This document shows positions 38,360 to 51,033 of a stretch of 64,000 bases of DNA, piece by piece (position 1 is the first letter of the stretch; each line of letters opens with the position of its first letter). The notes under the pieces are model-generated. The model searched no databases. It saw nothing but the letters and a program-made list of their open reading frames with translations, and was not told the origin of the DNA. The DNA is from Octopus sinensis. Its lineage: Eukaryota. The position numbers were made by a program, and so were the translations under genes. The stretch spans positions 90,396,001 to 90,460,000 of the forward strand of contig NC_042999.1 of the NCBI RefSeq assembly GCF_006345805.1. Reading direction: 5' to 3'.

Positions 38360-38748
38360 GGCACAGGAGTGGCTGTGTGGTAAGTAGCTTGCTAACCAAC
38401 CACATGGTTCTGGGTTCAGTCCCACTGCGTGGCATCTTGGGCAAGTGTCTTCTGCTATAGCCCCGGGCCGACCAATGCCTTGTGAGTGGATTTGGTAGAC
38501 GGAAACTGAAAGAAGCCTGTCATGTATATATATATATATATGTGTGTGTTTGTCCCCCTAGCATTGCTTGACAACCGATGCTGGTGTGTGGTGTGTTTAC
38601 GTCCCCGTCACTTATTTAGAGACCAATAGAATAAGTACTGGGCTTACAAAGAATAAGTCCCAGGGTCGATTTGCTCGACTAAAGGCGGTGCTCCAGCATG
38701 GCCGCAGTCAAATGACTGAAACAAGTAAAAGAGTAAAGAGAAAGAGAG
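38360..38748 (+). mobile_element. tRNA-derived SINE family A, near full length
   Basis: Closely matches 29516-29903, including A/B boxes and GTAAAAGA tail. Confidence 0.9.
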
Positions 38749-38999
38749 TCAATAAAATAAGTAGCACTAATATACTAGGTTGATTTTAGTAGATTACATT
38801 CTTCCCACTAAAACTAATATGTACATGCTGAGTGAAACTACCCAGATCAACCGCTATGTTACCTTACCTTTCAAAATGTAGCCTTGTACTTAGTCAAAAA
38901 GAAATCTTTATTACTTTCAAGTGACTGGCATTCTATGCAATGGATGATTCATCTCTCATTTGCTTAGAAATACACAACATAAGGTTATTGGAGATATTT

Positions 39000-39192
39000 A
39001 CCAGGTGAAATGCTTAATGGTATTTCGTGTGCCGCTATGGCTTGAGTTCAAATTCTGCCAATGTCAACTTTGTCTTTCATCCTTTCAGGGTCGATAAATT
39101 AAGTACCAATCTAGTACTGGGATCGATGTAATTGACTATCCCCCTCTGCACAAATTCCAGGCCTTGTGTCTATAGTAGAAAGGATTATTATT
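39000..39192 (+). mobile_element. SINE family B copy (5'-truncated)
   Basis: GAGTTCAAATTCTGCC..CTTTCATCCTTTCAGGGTCGATAAATTAAGTACC..TATAGTAGAAAGGATTATT. Confidence 0.8.
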
Positions 39193-40936
39193 AGAAATCA
39201 TGATTATATAGATCAGTGGTTCTCAGTCATTTTTTGCCTGTTAACCTCTTTGATTCCTATTTTGCTCTACTGGACTTGCAAAGGCATTCACTAGATATAT
39301 AAAAAAAATATTACTGTATTTTTATACTTAAATATTATTAATATTATTAGGAATTGTATAAAAGAAATTAAAACGTTTTGAGTATTGTGCAAGTATAACC
39401 AATTTATTGCACATAAATTTTAACAACAAAATTTTATATGGATCCTGGCTAAAAAGCTCTGATGTAGATAAAGTATGACAAGCTTCAGATATTGCTTCAC
39501 CTATATATTTCACATTGCTGCTCATGATTTAAAAAAAAAAAATTGTGAGTGGTGATCAGACATTTATTTTCCTGATAAATCTGAGTTACTTTCTTCTTTT
39601 TTTTTTCGCTAAAATGAAAAATTGGTAGCTGTCAAGTTGAGATAATCTCCTGGTCACTTAGATTTATGCTTGTAATTGTTTCACATCACTTATGTTTCAA
39701 ACATATCTCAGAAGCTTCATTTCCTTATATAGCTTCATTTCCTTTTTTCTTGTAGCAAGTCTATATAATGATTTGAACTCCAGACCTATTGTTTTCAATC
39801 AGAAATTTATTTGTAAACAACTCTATCAGTGAAGCATAATAGCAGGGTCTGCTATTATGACTATCAAAATGCTGCACTTTAGAAGGAACTCTCTACACTA
39901 CCACTAGCACACTCATTACTTTTGCAGGAATATTTTTTGCTTCTCTTTTAATACATATACTACTACTATGAATAGAACCCCTGGATGTTACTTTGTTAAT
40001 TTTCTTTGGACCATTGCATCTGATACATGTTCTTATCAGTAAACAGATGGTGAATCAAAACTGATTGATTCCTCTTCTAAATCATCCTATTCATCTTATT
40101 GTTAATCCTTTTCTTTAAAAAAACTCTAATGTTTTTGGTATGTATAAGAGGCAAGCATGTCTCTTGACACTTTGTTATTGGACATACTCAACAGAAATAG
40201 ATTTCGTGAGATATGGTGGAAATTTTAAGGAGAATCTAAGTAGTCAGTTTTATTGAATTGTAAGTTGCTGCAATAGTTGCTTAAATGTAACGCATCTCTT
40301 ACATTTATAGATTCTCCCTTAAACAGAGCAAAGTACTAAAAAATTAAACATGGATTGCTAATCACTGCTACGTCAAATGATATTGAGGGAAAGGATGGGG
40401 AGGATGTCTAAGCTGTATACATAAAGAAATATACGCATCATCAAGAATTTAGAACTTATACAACTCATTAAATTTTTCAAGCAGTTCTCTTAAGTACACA
40501 AATATGCTTTTTGCATCACACACTTTATTGACCCAAGAAGAATGAAAATCAAAGTTAACTCTGGTAAGATTTGAACTCAGAATATCATGGCTTACCTGTT
40601 GGTTTTTCAAGGAACAGCATGTGAAGCAGGCTGGAGTTTAGTTGATTGAATATATCTAAATGTATTAGTGGTTTATATTTTATTAAATTCTAGTGGATGG
40701 GCTGAAAAGTAATATTGACCACATCAGAATCATAACCATGAGGTATCGAATTAATTATTGCAGAACAAACCAGTGTGATGTTTTATGGGCTGTCTTGATC
40801 ATCTCCAATGTTCTATAACTGTTATAACGTTAAATTTAGATAGCTAAAGATAATATATATTTCAGCTAAGTATATTGACTGCAGCAAACCTTCATACTCT
40901 TGGCTAAATTCTAGATCTGCAGAGATAATAAACTGT

Positions 40937-40945
40937 ATGTGTGTA

Positions 40946-41041
<96 letters not shown>

Positions 41042-41092
41042 TGTGTGCATGTGTGTTTGGATAAATATACTAATGCACACGACTCTCATCTA

Positions 41093-41140
<48 letters not shown>
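40937..41140. repeat. Compound microsatellite (GT)n(GA)n ... (CT)n(CA)n
   Basis: Directly visible; the two halves are reverse complements of each other. Confidence 0.97.
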
Positions 41141-42029
41141 TGCACACACATGCCTGCATGCACATATTCAATAAATCTTTCACTCATATTTGTCAATAAA
41201 TATAAATAAGAGCAAAAATAAGCTTGTTAGATACTCATATAACTGTTTAAATTTGGCAATGTAAGTGTAGTGAAATATCTAGAAGTGAATCCTAAATAAC
41301 CTCATAAACTTGGCTGTATAGAAGCTTTCTTTCTACATTATTGTTGTTGTTGTTGTTTAAAACCAGGTCATCCTTGATAAAGCAGATCTAATGATCAGAG
41401 ATATTCTGACCATGGACATTCTGACCTTTCAAGTTCTGCTTACCTAAGACTGCATTACCAACTGTGTTTCTCACTTTTCCAGAGACTGGAGAGTAATTTA
41501 AAGGAGATTTGGTTGCTACTTCTTCATAATCAAACTAACACATAGAGGGCCCTTTGTTGGCAACATTATAATGTTGCAATAGTTGTGTAAATAACTGTGA
41601 GATGGGTACAGCTATCGTATAGTTTAGCAGAACGAAACAGTACAGTTTAGTTGCTTAGTATAGTTCAGTGTGAGTGCTCAGCCACTTGCACATTAATTTC
41701 ATGAACAGGCTATTCTGTTGGTCAGATCGATTGGAACATTGTCATTATGATCGACAGAGTGCCAGTTAAAGTTAACTGTAGTTCTCAACCCTGACAAAGC
41801 AAACCTATGATCAAAGCTGCTTCAGCTGTGGCTATCTCGTCCCTTATCCGATGCAATGTATTTAGACCTACATTATGCTATGCATCCACAGCTAGCTTTG
41901 GAGTTGCTGACAACTCAGGCAAGTTGAATTTTGTTACCTATAGAAGTATATTTTAAAAGAATATTTCACAAAGTAGCAGAATCTACAAATATAGAAATAA
42001 AGCGTTCTTTTATTCTTTATATATATAGT

Positions 42030-42255
42030 GCAGCCATGGTTGTGTGGTTAAGAAGCTCACTTTCCAATCACATGGCTTCAGGTTCAGTCCCATTCTGTGG
42101 CACCTTGGGCAAAGTGTCTTCTATTATAGCCCTGGAATGACCAATGCCTTGTGAATAGATTTGGTAGGCTGATAGATCTAATTACTGTTTGCCTACATCT
42201 GAGTAGATTTGGTAGGCAGATAGATCTAATTACTGTTTGCCTACATCTGAGTATA
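42030..42255 (+). mobile_element. SINE family A 5' part ending in a 48-bp tandem duplication
   Basis: Family A head, then TAGATTTGGTAGGC(T/A)GATAGATCTAATTACTGTTTGCCTACATCTGAG twice. Confidence 0.8.
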
Positions 42256-43124
42256 CCTGTCCATATACACACTTTAAAATAAAACTTTTTCTAATTATAG
42301 GAGGAATGCCTGGATTTCATTCTTCACATACATGTATTTTCATTGGTAATGCTTTTCTGGGTATATGCATAAATGTAATTGCTTTTTCCAAATAAATTCC
42401 ACTTCATATTTGAGGCTCTGATGAAACTATAAACTGTTACTCAGGCACTAAACTATGAGTTTTATAGCAGAATCTAATGAAGTTCTTACTCAGGCACTAA
42501 ACTATGAGTTTTATAGCAGAATCTAATGAAGTTCTTAAGATAATTGTTTATTCCTTTGTCATTCTCATTTACTTATATATATATATGAAAATACATGTGT
42601 TTGTTCCCTCACCTGCTGCTTGAAAACCAGTTTTGGTTTGTTTACATCCATATAACCTAGTAGTTCAACAAAAGAGACTGATAGACTCAGTACCAGACTT
42701 TAAAAGTAAGTACTGAGGTTGATTGTTTGACAAAACCCTTCAAGGCAGTGCTGCAGTATTGTTGGAGTCCAGTGATTGAAACAAATAAAGATAGAAGATA
42801 CAAAATAAAAAGAACAGTTCAGATATAGCATCAAAGTTTCAAATTCTTTAATTAATTTAACTAAGAGGGAGAGGATAAGAGAAAAAGATAAAGGGATAGA
42901 TGTGTACAGAAAGAGAGAAGGAGAAAGTTAGAGAAAGATCAAAGCTGTATTTACATTACTGGCTATGATTTCAACAAATGTCGTTTCCAAATGGAAGTAG
43001 ATATGTGAGGGAAAGTCCAGAGGGTACTGTTGATCTCCTATACATGAAACAGACTTTTTTCCAAATAAATTAAAGAATATGAACAAAAGAAACAATGGTA
43101 AAAGACATGCATTATTCCAACTAA

Positions 43125-43360
43125 TACGTTTTCCTTGTGCTTTTAGATTTGCAAATGTTTTCATAAGACTTTCTGTAACTATTGTTTTTACAGTATCATT
43201 TTTATGGACAAAATTGCAAAATACTTTAATCTGTCTTGTGTCATGGATGATCGTAAATATCTCTTTGTAAAGCTTCTCTCTCTTGTGTTTATAGGTATTC
43301 TAAGCAATATTCTTAATGCAGCTCACAGATTTAGCATGACATCCTGTAACTTATAACTGT
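43125..43360 (-). mobile_element. hAT transposase C-terminal dimerisation-domain relic
   Basis: Minus strand: NL*AALRILLRIPINTRERSFTKRYLRSSMTQDRLKYFAILSI / DTVKTIVTESLMKTFANLKA, matching the hATC consensus (..IP.T.AS.ERSFS..YLRSTM.Q.RL..LAILSI..FA..K.R). Confidence 0.8.
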
Positions 43361-44999
43361 TGATAAATCCAATTGCATCAATTGAATGCTATACATTTCC
43401 AGGAAATAAATTTTCTTTTTTGCAATATCTAGCAGAAAGAAGAGCTTATACCTGTTAATAACACCCACTCAATATTTTAAAACAAGCTCACTCCATTTAA
43501 GGAATTTTCACTTATTGTTTTATTTAATTTTAATTATTATTATCATATATTCTGTTTCTTATTTTGAAAACCCCATGTACTTGTCATAATATCCCATTTC
43601 TCATAGCACATGGTACCTCAGGTGATTGCTCAAATTGCCTGTGCCTTCAGCTCCCTTTGATTGCATCAGACCAATGTTTTACAAGATAGGGAGTAATTTG
43701 AAAAAAGGTTTGACTGCTACTTCTAGCAGGCAAGTAACAATGTAATGTAGTTGATTGATGTAGCAGTATAAGTGCACATTATTGGTATGGTGTAGTTCAA
43801 TATTACTGTACAGTGTAATTTATTAATCTATTAATTAGATTTGATAAAGGTATCGTGTTGTGAAATATAGAGTGGTGTTGTATTGATATGGTAGATAGAG
43901 AAATACAGTGAAGTGTTTGTCTAGGGAAATGTAATGTTTGTTTAGTCTAGTTGTTGAAGTAGCTTAATTTTGGATTGATTCATAGAGCAAACCCATAATC
44001 AAAGAAACCAAAGGTTTTTGAGCCCTAATGATCTCATCTTATTTCCAGCATAGTGTATCTAAGACTACATGTTCATATGTAATCCCTTTTAAAGACAGTT
44101 GAGTATGATTTGATGGAAATTTGGCTGCTATTTCTAATAGGTTGCATGTTCACAAAGAGGCTCTCCTATGGTGCAGTGTAGTTCATGAGTTTTGTACCGT
44201 TCAATAGTGCAGTGCTGTATAGATTGTTATATAGTAGAGAGTAGGTCATTGGCTTGGTGCATGGGAACACTTAACAGTGCAGGCAGAGAACAGTTTAATT
44301 GTGATGTACTGTAAGATCAGTAGTACATATTCTGGATTTCAGGTATGTTGTGTTGAATAGCTTGCTAATGGAGTTTAGTGGTGTGGTATATGAAGCATGT
44401 ATTTATTTCAATTCAAATTTCTTTATTTGTTTATTTATTGGTTTAGTTTGCAGGAGAGGTTTCCGTTCATGGCCTCTGTAAGATCTCCAAAACTGGTAAA
44501 ATTGAAGCAGTTATTGAATAGTTGCAAGTTGATCACTATACTACTGTAATGCATACAGCAGTATAGTAGTGTGGTCTTGTGCTTTATAGAAATGTGGTGT
44601 AATGCGGTACAGTTGTGAACAATAGAGTTTATTAGTGGTGTAATGTTGTTTAGTAGCATGATGTGGTACCATTTAGTACAGCACATAGAGTGGTTGTTGT
44701 TGCTGCTGTTGCTGAATCCTAGATTGATTCGGATTGAGCAGATCTATGACTGATGGCATGGCTATTTAGTAAGAGGTTTGCTTCCCAACTACATGGTTCT
44801 GAGTTCAGTTCCACTGCATTGTTTTTGGGCAAGTGCCTCCTACTATACCCTCGAGTGGCAGTGGAGAAGGGAACATACTGCTTGGGCAACTACTAATCTC
44901 CCATAAAACCCTGCCCAGGCCTGTCCCCTGGAGAGGACAATCCAGTGTCATCTGACCATGGTAGCAAAACAATGAAAGTAGTAGTCTACTGGTGGCACC

Positions 45000-45375
45000 T
45001 AGGTTTATAGTTCGGTGTGGTACAGTTTAGTAGAAGTGGAATGTCTATAGTTTAGTAATGCGGTGTGATGTGATACATACAGGTTAGTATGTTGTGGTAT
45101 ATATTGGTTTGTAGTGTGGTTGGTTCATGTAAGTTTATAGTTTATAACGGTGCATACAGATTTGTAATGTGGTACTATTTAGTAATATTGTGTGGTAGAT
45201 ACAGTTTAGTAGTGCCGTGTGGTATAGTTTAATGCGATGTGGTACATATAGGTTTGTAGTATGTTGTGGTACAGACAGGTTTATGGTATAATGTGGTACA
45301 TTTTAGAGTGTGGTTTGGTATATACAAGTTTGTAGTGTGTTATGATGGTTTGTGGTATAGTGGTGTACAGTTTAA
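45000..45375. repeat. Decayed GT-rich minisatellite
   Basis: Repeated variants of GTGTGGTACA(T)A(C)AGGTTT(G/A)TAGT. Confidence 0.7.
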
Positions 45376-46284
45376 TTGGTGTTGTTCACTCCTAGGTAGA
45401 AACTGATGGAACAGGGACACATGATCAAAAAAGGTATTCCAGTTATGGTCACCACATCTTTTTGTGAATAATGTGTCTTTTCCTTTACCAGGCCAATAAG
45501 AGTATGATATGAGAGAGATTTGGCTGCTATTTCTAGCAGACTGAACACCCAATTAGAGTCACTTTTGTTGACTTGTGTTACATAGTATTGAATACTGTAC
45601 TTTAGCAATGTGGTGCAACGCAATTTTGTAAAACTGCATAGAGCAATTTACTGATGTGTTATTACATAGTTATGGTTGCAAACATGAGTTCCAGCTGTGA
45701 CCATCATTTCTTTCTAACATATTACATTTTGAATCTACTTATCCCATATAAGCAACTATTTTTATGACAATAGTTTGAAGATTTGGTCAAGCAATAGTGT
45801 AGAGGTTTCCTCATTAGCTTACAGTCATAGTTATTAATGTTGCATTAGTGGCTCAAGCTTAATGCTGTTTCGTAGTGTGGTGTTATACATTTTGGCAGTG
45901 TACCTGAGGGCAGCTTAGTGGTTGGTGATGCATTTTTGTTGTTGGTATTTAGCCCCAGGTTATGTGCAGGCATAGCTAAATGATTAAGAAGTTCATTTTG
46001 CATTAATGAGGTCCTTGGTTCAATCCTACTATGAAGGAACTCTGGGTAAATATTTTTAGCTATAGCCTCTGGTTAACCCAAGCCACATAGATGAAATTAT
46101 GCTGTTGTAGGATACCAGGCCAATCTTGAGAGAGCAGACAATATTTTGATAAAAGAATCAAAGACAATTTTGACCATAACCATACTGTATCTTTTAATTT
46201 TGGAATAATGTACCTTAAACAACATTTTTTAATGTATCTTTTATGAGATAGAAAGGTGTGACTAAACTAAACTACATTATTAAT

Positions 46285-46519
46285 GTCATCATCATTATCT
46301 GGTTGAGCTTGCTCAGATATTTTTAACCTGTACATACCATCCATCTTGGTCCTTCATTAGTTGAGGGAGGTCTTCAAGGAAGCATCCAGTGTCTTTAGTG
46401 TGTTTATCTACATATGTTATGTTCAGATGACCAGCTAAAGCAGTGGTTCTCAACCCATGGTTCACAGACCCCTGGCGGTCAGCAAAGGAAGTCCTGGGGG
46501 TCTGTGGACTAAATTCAAA

Positions 46520-46588
<69 letters not shown>

Positions 46589-46950
46589 AGGATCAGCATA
46601 TTAAAAAGGGAAAACTCATTTAAATAAAAGGGATCCTTGCTAGTGAAAAGATTGGCATCCATAGCAGCCAGTCACTTGCCAGATCTTGTTTGGCTCATCA
46701 GCAATGTCTCACAAGGTGCACTCACCTTTCTCTTATAGTGATGGAAACGGGCAGGAGATCTCCATACAGCTGTTTCTTGATGGCATGAGTTCTCCAAAAT
46801 ATGTTTAAGACTGCTCTTAACATTCAGGTGTAAGTTCCATCTAGCTTGGATTCCAGTTTTTTGGTAAGTGTTCAGGCTGTTGTTCTATACAAAAGGACTG
46901 AGTCTGCTGTTGTACAGAAAATATTCCTCTGAAGGTTGTCTGACAGGCTT
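46285..46950 (-). mobile_element. RTE-group LINE 3' fragment interrupted by a hAT-like MITE (about 46441-46650)
   Basis: TADSVLLYRTTA*TLTKKLESKLDGTYT*MLRAVLNIFWRTH..QLYGDL..RHC; the insert begins CAGTGGTTCTCAACC (Charlie-like TIR). Confidence 0.75.
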
Positions 46951-47464
46951 GTGTACTAATGTAATATAGTTTAATTGTGGGCATTGTTTTTTTTTCAGCT
47001 TAGGTCAACTGAAGTCAGCCTTGAGCCAGTAGACTTATCAAAAAGTGGGCTCCATCCACTTCTTAACTTTTGATTCATTAGCTTCCTGGCAGATTGCACT
47101 ATTGCAGTATGTGTTGATGGGGTTCTCTGTTTGACTTACACTCAATTAACTAGGATTCTGTTCCAACACTCTCCCTCTAGCCTTCAACAATCCCCACTCT
47201 TTTACAGATGACACCATCATTCATTCCATTTTCATCTTCCACACCCAAGTGTCATTTAAATGCAACCTAGACACCACATCACAAATCTGCACTAATCCCA
47301 TGAAGAGCAATCTTGAAAAAATCCTCCTATGTGATCAGGTTAAACCTTTTTCTCTTCCAACAGTCAAAATCCACCAAATCATTCTACATATCAAGAAAAT
47401 ATAATCACAAGTGCTGCATAAGTATGAGCAGCATTCAACTAAAGTATGCAATGCAATCACTTTT

Positions 47465-47760
47465 ACAAGGTACAAAAAACTAATCGAAGAGTTGAGGAGC
47501 GAAAAACTAATCGAAGAGTTGAGGAGCGAAAAACTAATCGAAGAGTACAGAGAACAGGGATGGACTGTTGAGTATTACCACCTGGCAGTGGGGGCTAGGG
47601 GCTTCATTGAAAGAAAAATGACGTTATTCAAAAGAAGATTTGTTTTTTTTCTAGTTCAGAGCTGAGAAAACTAATAAAGAGAGTACAGGAGGCGGTTGAA
47701 AAAGCCAGCTTCTATATATGGCTGAAGTGGGAAGACCAAAGATGGCTTGAAAGTCATAAC
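47465..47760 (+). mobile_element. RLE-type (R2/NeSL/HERO group) non-LTR retrotransposon C-terminal fragment
   Basis: RYKKLIEEYREQGWTVEYYHLAVGARGF..VEKASFYIWLK matches the K..KY..L....GW......VG.RGF restriction-like endonuclease end. Confidence 0.75.
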
Positions 47761-49654
47761 ATGCTGGCAGGAAAATAACATCACTAGGTGAGACACTGAA
47801 TTAGCCTCCCCGATTGACAGGTGACTTAGAGAATGCGTGGGCTAAGACTATGCGTCCTTCATTGGTCAATCAAAGTTGAGACAGTGTTATGTGACAACTT
47901 GCTGAGGTTGCCTGCTGGAGCCTAGCAGCAGGTATTTAAAAGGAAATTTAACAAGGCAGTCAGTCACCTGCTGACACTTGCTACATCGAAGAAGCTGGGG
48001 AACAGAAGAAAGAAGGAGAAAGAAGACATGCACCCAACACCAGAGCTGAAGACACCTCTGAAAGGGGGTAGGGGGCCCGCCATGTCAAAACGGTAGAGGA
48101 GTAGGGGCTGAAACAGGATGTGGTTCCTCCTGATGATGTCTTGAGCTAACTGGATCCTATGAAGGAGCTGTTGTAGCAGACCACAAAACATGATTGAAAT
48201 TCTTCCTTAGCCTCACTACCACAGACACTTTCTCTTAGTCAATGCAGTCTTGACATAGCAAGGATTATATAGCATAGACTAACTTTTCTCATCAGATGAG
48301 ACACACATTAGGCTACTGTTCTGAGATTGTGTTGGTACTAAACTATGCTAGGTTGCTTCTAGAGAAAGGTCACTTTACTTACTGGCATGAAGTCACTCAC
48401 CGTCTCATGCACTGACTCCTCTCTGTATTTTATTCAAATTTTTTTTTATTCCTCTATTACAGTACCTTCTGCTTCATGAAAGTAGCTGTTTTCATACAAT
48501 ATCTATTCAGGAATTCTCATCTTATAAATTTCTTCTCTCAATCACCCATATTGTGTTCACCTTTCACCTCAGGCCCAACACTAAACACATTGCCCACTCC
48601 TTTCTCCTTAGAATGTTGGCTTCTTAGAACTCCATCCCCACAACATTGACATATTTCTGGCTGCCATCAGCTTGCTGCAGTGAAATGTTAAAAAGATCAT
48701 TCTCACCAGTCTCAGAAGACTTGTAAAAGTCATGGGCACTAGTCTTTTCTCTAGACTATAAAAAAGAAAAGACAAAAACAAAAACAATCCTAGCCATGAC
48801 CATTCAGTCATTTTCTTATTATCAGACATTATTGTGTATAACGATAAATTATTCTATGTACTCCCTTTTTTAAGACAACACACATATGGTTTAAGAGAGA
48901 CTTGATTGTAATTTTTCTTTTGAATGGCTTTGAGAAAAGAGGACAGTACTTATGGCCCTTTTCAGAAACTTTGGGAACGGTGGGAAAAGGAAAGGAGGAA
49001 AGAAGTTATCTTCAGTTATCTATTTCTAGCAAGGTGAGTGACTATGTAGAGACTATCTTGTTGGCTTATATGGAGTTTAGTAGTGTGGAATAGTAATATG
49101 TTGTCATAACTAATGTAGTATACTTAGTTAAGTGCTGTGTTATAATGTAAGAGTTTTAATACAGTTTGCTGGGCTGCTGTATATATTGTAATATTGGTTT
49201 ATTGAATGTTTTTAATAAAAGCATTTTCTAATAGTTTGAATATTAGTTTGTGCTACAAGGTCATAACTTTCCCTAATACTTTAATATATTGCAATGCTGT
49301 CGAGCATAGGGTAGTATTCTGAGCAGTTCTAATAATGACATATTTCAAATGAAGACAACTAGTGTATTAAAACAATATTGCTGTTTCTTTGGTTTCAAAT
49401 TGCTTCATTGGTTACCATAGATACCAGGTTGATTGGCTACATAGAGTCAGGAACCTTTGTAAAACCACAAATGAATTGCTAGTATTTAAGAACCTATGAG
49501 GAGTGATGGAAACGTTCATCATCATTATCATTATCATCATCATCATCATCATCATCGTCGCCGTCGTCATCGTCGTCGTCGTTGTTGTCATTGTCATTAT
49601 TAAATGTCTTTTTTCCACACTGGCATGGGCTATTATAAGAAAAATTGGTAGGTG

Positions 49655-50070
49655 CAACACTGTCTTTATTCAAACAAACATGGTATATTTAGAGCAACAA
49701 TATTAAGTGTTGTTCCATTATGAGATACTTGAGGATTATTAGAGGGAAATTTGGTTGCTATTTCTAGCATGTTGAATAACAGTATTTAGACATTTTCGTT
49801 GATTTGTTGCAGTTTTTAGTTGTGCTAATATTCATATTGTTGTCATTAAGGATGATGGATTGGAAAAACTGCCTTGCAGTATTTGTTCCAGCTCTGTAAG
49901 GCTGTGTGGTAAGAAGCTTGCTTCCCAACCACATGGTTCTGGGTTCAGCTCAACTGTGTGGCACCTTGAGCAAGTGTCTTTTACTATAGCCTCAGGTCAA
50001 CCAAAGCCTTGTGAGTGGATTTGGTAGATGGAAACTGAAAGAAGCCCATCGTATATATGTATATATATAT

Positions 50071-50117
<47 letters not shown>

Positions 50118-51033
50118 CAACCCATGCTAGCACGGAAAACAGACGTTAAACGATGATGATGATGATGATGATGATGATATAAATATGTATATATCTATGC
50201 ATGTGTGTCTTTGTGTCTGTGTTTGTCCCCCATCACTGTTTGACTCCAGTGTTGGTGTATATATATATCTCCATAACTTAGCAGTTTGGCAAAAGATATC
50301 AATAGAATAAGTACCAGGTTTTAAGTACTAGGGTCGATTCATTCTACTAAAATTGTTCAAAGCAGTTCCCCAGCATGGCCACAATCTGGTAACGACTGAA
50401 ACAAGTAAAAAGTAAAAGATAAAAGATAAACTTAATTTTTCAAATTCATAAGTATGAAGCATATTAAATTACTGCTTTGATATTAAGACTTTAATCTATT
50501 GTTTTTATTTTCTTTTCCACATGGAATTTCAAGATCTTTATCAGTGGGTGGTTTCAAATTAAAATGCAAGCAAGTTTCACTCGCAGGTAAAGGCTTTCTG
50601 ACCCATGAAATAGTCTTCATCTCAGTGGTTGCTGTTAAAGTTGTTGTTGTTGTAGCAGTGAATGTTACTGATATTAGTGTTAGTGTTGTTAACATTTCTG
50701 TTGTTAGTAATGCTGTTGTTGTTGTTGTTTAACCCGAGGTCAATTTTGTTTGAACAAAACCTACGACCAGAAGCATTCCATTTGTGACAACACTGTCTTT
50801 ATTCAAACAAACATGGTATATTTAGAGCAACAATATTAAGTGTTGTTCCATTATGAGATACTTGAAGATGATTAGAGGGAAATTTGGTTGCTATTTCTAG
50901 CATATTGAATAACAGTATTAAGACATTTTCATTGATTTGTTGCAGTTTTTAGTTGTGCTAATATTCATATTGTTGTTGTTAAGGATGATGAATTGGAAAA
51001 ACTGCCTTGCAGTATTTGTTCCAGCTCTGTAAG
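49655..51033 (+). repeat. Local 246-bp direct duplication (49655-49900 and 50788-51033)
   Basis: Collinear near-identical sequence from CAACACTGTCTTTATTC to CCAGCTCTGTAAG with roughly ten substitutions. Confidence 0.93.
49901..50428 (+). mobile_element. SINE family A copy with an RTE tail inserted in its (TA)n tract
   Basis: Family A head and body; CAACCCATGCTAGCACGGAAAACAGACGTTAAACGATGAT at about 50118-50178. Confidence 0.85.

Noticed and set aside
40904-41209. ORFs with poly-ER, SL, CV or YI tracts (also 21844-22127, 49412-49706, 54997-55283, 59018-59373)
   Set aside because: Translations of di- and trinucleotide microsatellites; no coding signal.
42928-43164. ORF initially resembling a GPCR transmembrane helix (NACLLPLFLLF)
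   Set aside because: Its start is the end of a hAT transposase relic reading through into T-rich flank.
47780-48200. GC-richer block with a TATA-like TATTTAAA, possible solo LTR (similar impression at 3830-4330)
   Set aside because: No clear TG..CA termini, target-site duplication or second copy in the window.
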